Shown one piece after another: positions 47,273-56,227 of a stretch of 64,000 bases of DNA. A program made the translations under genes and the position numbers. Positions within the stretch are counted from its first letter, which is position 1; each line of letters opens with the position of its first letter. The stretch is from an uncultured Spirochaetia bacterium (GTDB taxonomy: Bacteria; Oederibacteriota; PGYV01; Palsa-1178): positions 1,573 to 65,572 of the forward strand of contig CAZMGF010000005.1 in assembly GCA_964565765.1 (NCBI GenBank). The letters are read 5' to 3'. Under the pieces are notes generated by a model, which worked only from the letters and a program-made list of their open reading frames with translations, made no database searches and was not told where the DNA came from.

Positions 47273-48970
47273 TTATCTTGTCGCCGCCGGCTGCCTTACG
47301 TTCTGTTTTGCCGGCTGCTGCTGCGGCGCGGTTGTAGTATCCCCGGCAACCGTGTTTTCCGGTTTCGCAACGTCGCTTATTTCCCTCGATGGCCTGGATT
47401 CAACAGGCGGCGTGTCGTTGGAAACCGATGATATGGCGTAGTAATATTTCTTGCCGACTTCAAGCCCCTTTAACATATAATGGACATCCCTGACCGGCGA
47501 GGCGTTTGCCTTGGCGTAGCCTTTTCCCGGCGTCTCTGTTATATAAATATTGTATCCTGCCGTTCTCGGCCCCGGCATTACTCCCCACCTGATATCGATG
47601 GCGCCGTTTTTCTCCACTTTGCTTGCCTGGGCTATCGGGAATATCTCCGGCGTGCCCGGCACAACAGGCGCGGGTACGACAGATGCTTCGTTCGAGTACG
47701 AGCTCTCTACAGGCGGGTACGTGTTGTTGATGGCGACAACCACGAAATAATACCTGGTGCCGTTCTGAAGCCCGTCTATGGTAACATAATTTTCCTTTAT
47801 TCTTTTCGCTATGGGTATGTATCGTGAACCCGGTGATTTCGACATATAAACCGCGTAACCCGTTACGTTCGGGTCGTCGTTGACTTCCCAGGTCAGGTTG
47901 ACCGCGTTATTGGCAGGGTATGCTTTCAGGTCCTTCGGAGGCCTGACCACGCTGATTGCCCTGATTTCTTCCTTGGGCTGCCCGAACCTTAAAATAAGAT
48001 CCACCCTGTGGGAATCGCCGAGATGTTCGGCATGGCCTATGTAAGCGTAATCAATTTCCCATGTGTCTTCCTTATATGAAACGCCGCCCGTGAAGCTTCC
48101 CGGCATGGTGGCAAAAGCCGTGTACCCTCCGCGTAATCCCAGATGATTTTTGAAGAACCATCCCTCGAGGCCCACGTGCAGCCTGTCCTCCTGCGGTGTA
48201 AGGGCGGTTATGGTAACGTTATTTACCGAATCATATATCGGCGTGTCCAGCGGCTCGCCGCTTATATTCATATCCTTAAAAAAGTCATAGTCAACTGCGA
48301 ACACAAGATTGTCTTCTATATAATATGCCGAAGCTATTTTAAAGACGGTCGGAATCTGCTCTTCGCTTGTTCCGCCGGACCAGTAAAGGCTCGTATCTAC
48401 GTCCTGGATAAACAATCCAAAATTAAGTTTTTTGCCCCACTGTGGAAGCGGTATCTGATAAAGCACCCCCATGTCCATGCCGAGCCCGTTCGCGATGCCC
48501 TGCAGATTAACTCCCGATGATGTTGTGTATGAAGCTGTAGAATTATAGTTATAGTATTTCACATTTAAGCCTATGGAAAATGTCCTTTCCAGGTTGAGAT
48601 TCGACGCGAAGCTGCCGGTTACGGTAAATTCTTTTGTATTGTTCTTGTCACCGTGTATAAGAGAAGTTACCGAAAGCTGCCATGCCGTATCCTCAAAGAA
48701 GGGCGCTCCGAAAGAAAGATAAGTGTAATACTCTTTCCCGTTGAGCAGCGGCCCCAGAAAAATGTCCATTTCCGCCCTGTTAAGCTGGGTTAATCCGGCC
48801 GCATTCCAGTATTCCGCGCTGCCGTCGTCGGAAATGGCGCCGAAAGCGTCGCCCATACCCGTGGCCCTTCCGCCTATTCCGAGCACTCCGCCTTTGTCAA
48901 AAGCTCCCCCAAAAGCCAAAGCCGCAAACATTGCAAAAACCGCGGTAAGGAAAAGTAACTTTTTATTCAT
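47273..48970 (-). CDS. FadL/PorV-like outer-membrane beta-barrel protein with two C-terminal fibronectin type III domains
   Basis: 565 aa with a signal peptide. The hatch motif GGRATGMGDAFGAISDDGSAEYWNAAGL resembles FadL [25 protein letters not shown]. Alternating-hydrophobic strands run to about aa 330, followed by two FN3-like units and a Pro/Gln-rich tail. The gene sits 24 nt upstream of flgF. Confidence 0.55.
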   Translation of the reverse strand: MNKKLLFLTAVFAMFAALAFGGAFDKGGVLGIGGRATGMGDAFGAISDDGSAEYWNAAGLTQLNRAEMDIFLGPLLNGKEYYTYLSFGAPFFEDTAWQLSVTSLIHGDKNNTKEFTVTGSFASNLNLERTFSIGLNVKYYNYNSTASYTTSSGVNLQGIANGLGMDMGVLYQIPLPQWGKKLNFGLFIQDVDTSLYWSGGTSEEQIPTVFKIASAYYIEDNLVFAVDYDFFKDMNISGEPLDTPIYDSVNNVTITALTPQEDRLHVGLEGWFFKNHLGLRGGYTAFATMPGSFTGGVSYKEDTWEIDYAYIGHAEHLGDSHRVDLILRFGQPKEEIRAISVVRPPKDLKAYPANNAVNLTWEVNDDPNVTGYAVYMSKSPGSRYIPIAKRIKENYVTIDGLQNGTRYYFVVVAINNTYPPVESSYSNEASVVPAPVVPGTPEIFPIAQASKVEKNGAIDIRWGVMPGPRTAGYNIYITETPGKGYAKANASPVRDVHYMLKGLEVGKKYYYAISSVSNDTPPVESRPSREISDVAKPENTVAGDTTTAPQQQPAKQNVRQPAATR

Positions 48971-48979
48971 TGTTCACTC

Positions 48980-51184
48980 CTAAAAATTGGGATAAATTGC
49001 CTGCCCGTTCAGGTTGACATTCGAACCCATTACCTGGTCAATTGTCATTGCTCCGCTGCCATTGATTGACATATTGGCGCCTCTTAACATCTGCTCAACT
49101 GTTATCTGTCCCCTGGCGTAATTTTCCGCCTGGGCAATCGGCACCGTCAGAAGCAGGCTGTTGTTGTTCCCATACACAGCGTTTACACCGATCCTGTCAA
49201 TCGAATATCCCAGGCTCTCGGCTATGGAGCGTATTATGAGCCCCATTTCTTTCATGACATATTTCGGCTGCGTATTCTCAGTGTAATATTCCATATTAAA
49301 ATTTTTTGTGCCGTCCGGATTTGTCGCGATTGCCGCCGATCTTACGGCCGAGGCGTCAATATTCGGATAACCGAGTATGGTCACAGGGCCCGCCGCGCCA
49401 CTCACGGACTGCGGGGACGCTGTAACAGTGGTCGGCGTTATAAAATATTCCGGCGACGGCCCCGGAGGAGCCACCGGTGTCGGTTTTGTCTTGGCTTTTT
49501 TAAGGGCCTCAAGGTCCCTTTTCATGCTTGATGCAAGCGTCTCTTCGTTCCCCTCATCCTTTGCCTTAAGATTATTCAGCAGCTTCCTCAAATCGTCAAG
49601 CACCTTTGGATTAACCCCCTCAATTACCGGTGTATAAATCTTTACGCTCTGCACCGGCGTTGAAGAAGTGCTTCCAAGCTTGTCGGTTGCCTCAAATATA
49701 AATGAATACTCCCCATCAGGAAGCACCTGGTATTTGTTGTCCGAACCGTTCCAGACTATCTGCGACGGCGGGACGCCTATGTCAACATATGATTTAACAA
49801 GATTGTTTTTGTTGTCAAGAATATTAAGCGCCCATCTGTCAATTCCGGCCTTTGATGCGGCGTTAAGCTTGAAAATAGCCGTCTCGCCGTTTTTCGGGGC
49901 GAATGAAAGGGGCTCAACAGCCGCGAACACATCGGGTGTGGGCAGTTTCCTGGCTACTTTTCCCCACATCCATGTCAGTGTTATCCAGTGTGAATCTCCT
50001 TCGTTTTCCGCTTCCTGGTCAAAAGGCAGTCCGTGCAGATAAGCGTAATCAATTCCTATAATATATCTTGCCGATACTCCGAGCGACATCCTCCATGGCT
50101 GCTGGTTCATCGGCCAGATGAGGCCGCCGCGCAGGGCAAAGTGGCCGTCTATGAACCACTGCTCAAATCCGAATTTTATCCTGTTCTGCTCGTCCTGAAA
50201 TACGCCCGGGTCATTTACCGCATCCCAGTCTATTGAGAAGCTTGTTGTTTCCTTTTCAATGAGTTCGGTTGTCCTCATCGAAATCGCCACATCGGATGTG
50301 AAATAAAGGGGCATTGCCACCCCTGATGAATAATAATTGAATCGTCCTGAAATATCGCGCAGCATAATACCAATATTAAGGTCCTTTAAGAATTCGATAA
50401 TACGGAGCTTGTAAAGGAAACCCAGATCAAGCGCCCACGCCCATGCGTTATAATCGGATCCTACGACATCCAGCATCCCGGCGTCGGAAAATTCATATTT
50501 AACGTTGACGCCGAAATCAAACGATTTGTCCGCGGTCAAAGGCGTCGAATATGTCAGGACGACCTGGTCCTCCTGGAAAGGCAGGTTCATATATGTGCGG
50601 TACATATTGCCCAGGAACTGCTGCATTGAAGGCACTATATCTCCGTACCACTGGGCATAAGTTCCCGGCGACATTGATGTGGGGGCGTCTCCGCTGAAAA
50701 GCCCGCCGGGCCCGATTCCCACGCCGCCGCCAACGTTGGGAATTTTAATATTGTTTGGATAAGCTCCGGTCGGGTGATAAAGTTTTTCATATGAAAGGGC
50801 GAAATACTGCCCGCCCAGGGCCATGTCAAATGTGGCGAAATCGGTGTAAGGAACCCCGTTGTAAAGCGAACCGCCCGTCCAGGATAATTCATTGTGATCC
50901 ATCTGGGCAAGCCCCGCGGGATTGTAATAAACAGCTGAAGCGTCGTCGGCAATGGCCGCAAACGCCTCCCCCATTCCGAGCGCCCTCGCGCCTACCCCGT
51001 AGGGGTTCCACTTATTGAAAAAGGGATATGTCGTTTTTGATTCCCACTGAATTGCCAGAGTATCCAGTTCGTCCTGGTTTACAGCAAGAATAATAGAATT
51101 CTGAATGAAGACAAAAATAGATAAAAGCAAAAACAGGAATATACTTTTTCGCACAATATCCTCCCGATGCGTATAATATTCCAA
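48980..51184 (-). CDS. FadL/PorV-like outer-membrane beta-barrel protein with a C-terminal FlgD-Ig-like (Ig fold) domain and an unknown C-terminal domain
   Basis: 734 aa, paralogous to the preceding gene (motif GARALGMGEAFAAIADDASAVYYNPAGL). An Ig-like segment (…FSPNGDGTNDTATFSISV…YKVKIYNAAGTLVK…GKDDNGNPLPDGTYSYKIEATD…) resembles FlgD_ig/T9SS-CTD-type Ig domains. Starts at TTG; lies 9 nt upstream of the next gene. Confidence 0.55.
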   Translation of the reverse strand: MEYYTHREDIVRKSIFLFLLLSIFVFIQNSIILAVNQDELDTLAIQWESKTTYPFFNKWNPYGVGARALGMGEAFAAIADDASAVYYNPAGLAQMDHNELSWTGGSLYNGVPYTDFATFDMALGGQYFALSYEKLYHPTGAYPNNIKIPNVGGGVGIGPGGLFSGDAPTSMSPGTYAQWYGDIVPSMQQFLGNMYRTYMNLPFQEDQVVLTYSTPLTADKSFDFGVNVKYEFSDAGMLDVVGSDYNAWAWALDLGFLYKLRIIEFLKDLNIGIMLRDISGRFNYYSSGVAMPLYFTSDVAISMRTTELIEKETTSFSIDWDAVNDPGVFQDEQNRIKFGFEQWFIDGHFALRGGLIWPMNQQPWRMSLGVSARYIIGIDYAYLHGLPFDQEAENEGDSHWITLTWMWGKVARKLPTPDVFAAVEPLSFAPKNGETAIFKLNAASKAGIDRWALNILDNKNNLVKSYVDIGVPPSQIVWNGSDNKYQVLPDGEYSFIFEATDKLGSTSSTPVQSVKIYTPVIEGVNPKVLDDLRKLLNNLKAKDEGNEETLASSMKRDLEALKKAKTKPTPVAPPGPSPEYFITPTTVTASPQSVSGAAGPVTILGYPNIDASAVRSAAIATNPDGTKNFNMEYYTENTQPKYVMKEMGLIIRSIAESLGYSIDRIGVNAVYGNNNSLLLTVPIAQAENYARGQITVEQMLRGANMSINGSGAMTIDQVMGSNVNLNGQAIYPNF

Positions 51185-51244
51185 TATGTAAAAACAAGTT
51201 GCAACTCTGAAAGCTATCCAACTAATTTATTTAATTTAACATAA

Positions 51245-51275
51245 TATAATTTTTATGTCAATTTATTTTTTTCCC
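51245..51275 (-). promoter_or_regulatory. candidate sigma70-type promoter for the OMP-flgFGAHIJ transcription unit
   Basis: Minus strand reads TTGACA-N17-TAAATT within an AT-rich 150-bp gap. Confidence 0.35.
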
Positions 51276-51335
51276 GCCTTAAAAATAAGGGGCTTTTTAA
51301 GATAAAAAGCGGTAAAAGAAGGGTTATTTAAAGGA

Positions 51336-52082
51336 TTAACCGGCGGAAAATTCAGCCATGTTTTTTCTGTATTTTTTGGGCACAAGCCTGGCCTGCAGTG
51401 CCGTGTTTTTCCTTTCCCTTATGGCCATTACATTAAAATATGTACGCCACATCAATTCAAAATCAACTGTTTTTCCCTCTTTATTCCCGAACTCAAAGTC
51501 CGCTGTTTTTTTATAATAAATCCTGCCTGATGAATAAAATGCCGAAATCCCCCTTATGGCGTCATGTATTATCCAGTCCTGCGATGACAATCTCAGGCTG
51601 AAATGACGGGCAAGCAAAGCCAGAATATTGTGTTCCGGTTCAACCTTTGCGTAAAATTTCCCCGGTTTTACCTCGGCAAACCTCAGAAACCCCTTTAACC
51701 TGTGCGCCTCGCCCATTGTCTTTTTCGCCGCCCTGTAAACCCGCATTACACGGTCATCCGCCAGATTTGAATTTACACGGGCTCCTTCCCTGACGGCAAG
51801 TTTTATATAGTCCAGTATATCTTTTTCAACGCCTTTTATTTCGGAAAGCAGGGCCCAGGCGGCCATATTGAGCCCCTCTCTGGTTGCGCTTGATTCCAGA
51901 AGCTTTTTCATAGACTCCGCCGCTTCATGGTCGGTGTTTATTTCTTCCCTGCGATCGAAGAGCCCTTCCTGTGCCTCTTCGCGTCCGGCGGCCTGTATGT
52001 CAAATTCAGTCTCCTCCATCATAAGGCGCAGGCATACGGTAAAAAAACCATCAGGCGTACCGTCGTATATATATATATTCAC
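51336..52082 (-). CDS. TIGR03915-family putative DNA metabolism/repair protein (partner of radical SAM TIGR03916)
   Basis: 248 aa, 4-nt overlap with the upstream radical SAM gene; typical two-gene module. Confidence 0.65.
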   Translation of the reverse strand: MNIYIYDGTPDGFFTVCLRLMMEETEFDIQAAGREEAQEGLFDRREEINTDHEAAESMKKLLESSATREGLNMAAWALLSEIKGVEKDILDYIKLAVREGARVNSNLADDRVMRVYRAAKKTMGEAHRLKGFLRFAEVKPGKFYAKVEPEHNILALLARHFSLRLSSQDWIIHDAIRGISAFYSSGRIYYKKTADFEFGNKEGKTVDFELMWRTYFNVMAIRERKNTALQARLVPKKYRKNMAEFSAG

Positions 52083-53350
52083 GCTCCCGCCCCTTTAACG
52101 CCGCCGGCGCCGTTAAATCCCGGCAGAGCCGCCGCTGGCGGGGCGAATAATTCAAGCTGTCCGCCGCCGCCTGAAGGCCCCTTTTCAAGAAGCCCCTGCC
52201 TTATATTTTTTTCCCTCATGTTGATGCCCGCCGCGTGGTATCCGTTGACGGTCAGAAAGTATTTTGCCCTTTTTATTACAACTCCCAGTTTTTTTAGGTC
52301 ATCGACAGCGGGTAATTTTACCCTGCGCGCCGCGATGAGCCTGCGCGCGCTTTTAACACCAATACCCGGAACGCGCAGCAGTTCTTCATAAGCGGCATTT
52401 TTTATTTCCACAGGAAAATATCGCAGGTTGCGCAGGGCCCAGGCGGATTTAGGATCAAGCCGCGCGTCAAAATAAGGGTCCGCATCGTCCAGAATTTCAT
52501 CAGCGGAAAAGCCGTAAAACCGCATCAGCCAGTCGGCCTGATAAAGGCGGTTCTCCAGCAGCATCCGGGGCGGCCCGGCCAGGGAGAGCCTTTTATCATT
52601 ATTCACATGGACATAAGCGGAATAATAAACTCTTTTAAGTTTCATGCCGCTGTAAAGCCTTTCTGTGAGCGTTACAATTGATTTGTCGGTTTCTTTTACG
52701 GCGCCTATTATAAGCTGCGTGGACTGGCCGGCGGGCACAAAGACCGGCGCGCTTTTCAATATTTTTCTTTCGCTGCCGTAGAGCTCAATAGACTTTTTTA
52801 TCTGTTCCATTGGGGACTTTATATCGTCCATTCTTTTATCCGGTGCGAGCAGTTTTAAACCCGTTTCGTCGGCCATCTCCATATTAATGCTCATGCGGTC
52901 AACAAGCCTGCCGGCCCTGTCAATTAGCCCCGGCGAGGCCCCCGGTATGCCCTTCATATGTATATAGCCGTTAAAAAAATATGTTTTTCTCAGCAGTTCG
53001 GCTGTTTTAACCATGAGCTCCATGGTATGGTCCGGCGAGACAAGCACCGCAGAGCTTAAGAAAAGTCCTTCTATATAATTACGCCTGTAAAAATCAATTG
53101 TCAGCCGCGCGGCTTCCTCCGGCGAAAATGAGGCGCGCGCAATATCATTTGACCTGCGGTTTATGCAGTAAGCGCAGTCAAGGGAGCAGGCGTTTGTCAG
53201 CAGTATTTTGAGCAGCGAGATGCATCTTCCGTCAGCCGTGAAAGTGTGGCAGACCCCTGACGGCGCCGCATTGCCGGTTCCGCCAGTAGTGTGTTTTCTG
53301 AAACTTCCGGACGAAGAGCAGGAAACGTCATACTTCGCCCCTTCTCCCAA
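52079..53350 (-). CDS. putative DNA modification/repair radical SAM protein (TIGR03916 family)
   Basis: AKYDVSCSSSGS N-terminal signature and radical SAM cluster CSLDCAYC; C-terminal HhH-like region. Confidence 0.8.
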   Translation of the reverse strand: MGEGAKYDVSCSSSGSFRKHTTGGTGNAAPSGVCHTFTADGRCISLLKILLTNACSLDCAYCINRRSNDIARASFSPEEAARLTIDFYRRNYIEGLFLSSAVLVSPDHTMELMVKTAELLRKTYFFNGYIHMKGIPGASPGLIDRAGRLVDRMSINMEMADETGLKLLAPDKRMDDIKSPMEQIKKSIELYGSERKILKSAPVFVPAGQSTQLIIGAVKETDKSIVTLTERLYSGMKLKRVYYSAYVHVNNDKRLSLAGPPRMLLENRLYQADWLMRFYGFSADEILDDADPYFDARLDPKSAWALRNLRYFPVEIKNAAYEELLRVPGIGVKSARRLIAARRVKLPAVDDLKKLGVVIKRAKYFLTVNGYHAAGINMREKNIRQGLLEKGPSGGGGQLELFAPPAAALPGFNGAGGVKGAGA

Positions 53351-53409
53351 TATTCTGAGCTTTTCAGATAGTTCCAGGTTGCACCGCCGTGTATAATGTA
53401 TTTGATAAA

Positions 53410-53438
53410 ATTATACACTTTGTATGTTTTTTTGTCAA
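53410..53438 (-). promoter_or_regulatory. consensus sigma70 promoter (TTGACA-N17-TATAAT) with an overlapping palindrome ATACA-N3-TGTAT
   Basis: Minus strand reads TTGACAAAAAAACATACAAAGTGTATAAT, 60 nt upstream of the radical SAM start. Confidence 0.6.
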
Positions 53439-53470
53439 TAAAGAAGTTTACTTTTCCTGGAGGGGGCGTG

Positions 53471-53995
53471 TCAGATGCTTTTTCTGTATAAACGCCTTGC
53501 TTCGTTGAAAAATTCAATGGATTCCTTTTTTGCGTAATCGGGATATGTCCATTCAAGCGTTGTGTATGAATCCCCTATGTAGCGCAGGGTCACTTCGGCC
53601 CAGATGGATGACCCTATATAAATCCTGTGGGTAAAATTTTTTGTGGAAGCCAGCACAAGCTTCGGCTCGGAGATGAGCCCCGGGTCAATGTTAATACGCC
53701 TCCTGTCCGAGCCCGGAAAGAGAAATTTTTCCTCGACTGAATTGGTAAATAATTTCATTGCGGCAAGCTCCGAGGGATCCACGAGAGAGGCAAAAGCCAA
53801 AAATCTGCGTTTCAGGAGAGGCCCCATCTCCTGTTCATAATAATCCGTGTGCTCGAATTTTTTTTCAAGGGAGTCGAGTTCCACGGCTCCGAATTTTTCC
53901 GCGAGCATGGAGACCGCGGCCGTAAAATCGGCGTTTGACGAATAAATAAATCCGGCTATTATTTTTTCCTTTTTGGGGGGCCTTAACACTGCCAT
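53471..53995 (-). CDS. hypothetical protein (DUF4416-like)
   Basis: 174 aa soluble protein with no confident family assignment. Confidence 0.4.
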   Translation of the reverse strand: MAVLRPPKKEKIIAGFIYSSNADFTAAVSMLAEKFGAVELDSLEKKFEHTDYYEQEMGPLLKRRFLAFASLVDPSELAAMKLFTNSVEEKFLFPGSDRRRINIDPGLISEPKLVLASTKNFTHRIYIGSSIWAEVTLRYIGDSYTTLEWTYPDYAKKESIEFFNEARRLYRKSI

Positions 53996-53999
53996 ATTT

Positions 54000-55226
54000 C
54001 TATTTTTCCTTTACCCTTCTCCACAATGTAAGAAAACCGTATGTAAACAGGGCAATGCCCGAATACAGCACTATGTGCTGCTCTTTGACGAACCTGGCGA
54101 GCACACCCGTAAGCGAAGTCGCGGCCGCGAGCCCTACTCCCCTTAATATATAATATGTGGAAAATATCCTTCCCCTTAATTTTTCAGGGGTGTTTTTCTG
54201 TATCATTGTCTCCGCTATGGATATTATCATAACGGCCCCGATGCCCGCGGCAACCGCCACAAAAAGCAGGTAGAAAAAATCAGGGAAAATATAAAGGGTG
54301 ATTACCAGGGCCCCGAGTATCGGGAAGATTACCCTTATAAGGACCTCTTCCTTGACCCAGTTCAAAAGCGATTTTACAATGAACATGCCCGCCACGAGCC
54401 CGATGCCGAGAAAGGCCTGCATGAACCCGAGCGCCTTTATATCTTTAATATGCAACCCGCTGTTGTTTATTATTATGTGAATAAAGTTGCCCGTAAGGGC
54501 GATATAAAAGAACCCTACGGCTATCATCAATAAAAACACCCTGCGCATCACAAAAAACACCTTCGCGTTGGTCATAAGAAACGTAAGGCCGCGTACAAAA
54601 TCATTCCATACAACAACCGCTTCGTTCTTCGGGAGGGTGATTTCACCCTCCTTAGGCCTTACAAACATCACCGTAATAAATACAGCCGCGTAAATTATCG
54701 AGTTGATAAAAAGCGCCTTCTGCGGCCCTATCTCGGCGATTATGACGCCGCTGGCGGCGTATGTCAGAATCTGCACAACAATGGCGGTTGTCGCTGAAAG
54801 CGAGTTCGCGTCAAGCAGGTCCTTTTCTTCCACAATATGGGGTATTAGAGCGGATTTTGCCGGAATAAAAAACTGTGAAACAACGGATATCATAAAAACC
54901 AGAAGGTAAACATACGCGCCCCTAGCCTTGTCCGCCACAAGCAGATATATTACGAATATAAGCAGCCCCCTGCATATTGCGGCCACCGCGAGTATGTTCC
55001 TTTTTTTAAAACGGTCGACAAAGACTCCGGCGATGGGGCCTAGCACAAGTATCGGGAGCCCTATCCAGAACATAAGCATGGACATGTTCCCCGCCGCGGA
55101 GCCGTCCACCCTGAGCGACATTGCCCAGCCGATGAGCGCCATGAGCGTAAAGCTGTCGCCTATCTGCTCGATCATCTGTGCCGCCCATAAAGTCACAAAA
55201 TTCCTGTTATTAAAGACCTGTTTCAT
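54000..55226 (-). CDS. MFS transporter
   Basis: 408 aa with about 12 TM helices. Confidence 0.7.
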   Translation of the reverse strand: MKQVFNNRNFVTLWAAQMIEQIGDSFTLMALIGWAMSLRVDGSAAGNMSMLMFWIGLPILVLGPIAGVFVDRFKKRNILAVAAICRGLLIFVIYLLVADKARGAYVYLLVFMISVVSQFFIPAKSALIPHIVEEKDLLDANSLSATTAIVVQILTYAASGVIIAEIGPQKALFINSIIYAAVFITVMFVRPKEGEITLPKNEAVVVWNDFVRGLTFLMTNAKVFFVMRRVFLLMIAVGFFYIALTGNFIHIIINNSGLHIKDIKALGFMQAFLGIGLVAGMFIVKSLLNWVKEEVLIRVIFPILGALVITLYIFPDFFYLLFVAVAAGIGAVMIISIAETMIQKNTPEKLRGRIFSTYYILRGVGLAAATSLTGVLARFVKEQHIVLYSGIALFTYGFLTLWRRVKEK

Positions 55227-55276
55227 TATTTACCACCCTTTTAGTATTTAAATATTCCCTTTACCCTGCGGAAAGT

Positions 55277-56227
55277 TTATATTTTACCGGCAATAATGCC
55301 GGCTATCTTCTTATCCGTGAGCCCGTCCGTATTGATGCGGACAGCCTCTGGATATTTTTTGAACCAGGTTTCCTGGCGCTTGGCGTAATTGCGCGTCGCG
55401 CTCTTTATCATGCCAACCGCGGCTTCATAAGAAAGGAGCCCTTTTATATACTGCGCCATTTCTTTGTAGCCAATGGCCTGCATGGCCGTTTCCCCGGGTA
55501 AGAAACCGGAATCAAGAAGATTTTTAACCTCTCCCACCAGTCCACGTTGTAGCATCCCGTCAACCCTTTTGTCAAGCCTTTCATACAGCACGCTTCGTGG
55601 AAGCTCAAGAATAAACATTTTATAACTGTCCTTATATATTGTATCCGCGGCTGCGCCCCTGATTTCCCTTAATGTTTTGCCGGAGGATTTAATCTGTTCA
55701 ATGGCGCGCAGCACCCGCCTGCTGTTCTTCAAATCAATTTCCGCGGCCGCCAGAGGATCCAGAGCAGCCAGGATTGCCGCCATATGCTCCAGCCCCTTCT
55801 CCGCGAGTTCCTTACGCAGTGCTTCCCTTAAATCCCCGCCAGCTGCGTCGCCCGGCGAAAGGCCGCGTATCATTGAATTTATATAAAGCCCGGTCCCGCC
55901 GGCGATAATGGCTGTTTTTCCGGATGCCCTGATTGAATCCGCGGCTTTTTCCGCCAGTTCCTTGAAGAGCGCTGCGGAAAAATTTTCATGGGGTGAGGCT
56001 TCATTTATAAGATGATGTTTGATTCCCCTCATTTCTTCAGCGGTGAGTTTACAGGTCCCTATATCCATTCCCCTGTAAACCTGCATGGAATCCGCCGATA
56101 TAATCTCGGCGCCTATTATCCCGGCCAGGCTCACGGCGGCCCCTGATTTTCCCGTGGCTGTCGCGCCGGCAATTATTACCAGCATAAAATCATAATTTCC
56201 TTTTAAAAAGTTTTTCAATTTCTTCAA
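55277..56227 (-). CDS. miaA: tRNA dimethylallyltransferase
   Basis: 316 aa with P-loop GATATGKS and a DSMQVYRGMDIGT motif. Confidence 0.9.
   Translation of the reverse strand: MKKLKNFLKGNYDFMLVIIAGATATGKSGAAVSLAGIIGAEIISADSMQVYRGMDIGTCKLTAEEMRGIKHHLINEASPHENFSAALFKELAEKAADSIRASGKTAIIAGGTGLYINSMIRGLSPGDAAGGDLREALRKELAEKGLEHMAAILAALDPLAAAEIDLKNSRRVLRAIEQIKSSGKTLREIRGAAADTIYKDSYKMFILELPRSVLYERLDKRVDGMLQRGLVGEVKNLLDSGFLPGETAMQAIGYKEMAQYIKGLLSYEAAVGMIKSATRNYAKRQETWFKKYPEAVRINTDGLTDKKIAGIIAGKI

Noticed and set aside
53197-53556. 119-aa minus-strand ORF overlapping the radical SAM N-terminus and the promoter gap
   Set aside because: Out of frame with the conserved AKYDVSCSSSGS N-terminus and spans the consensus promoter; likely spurious.
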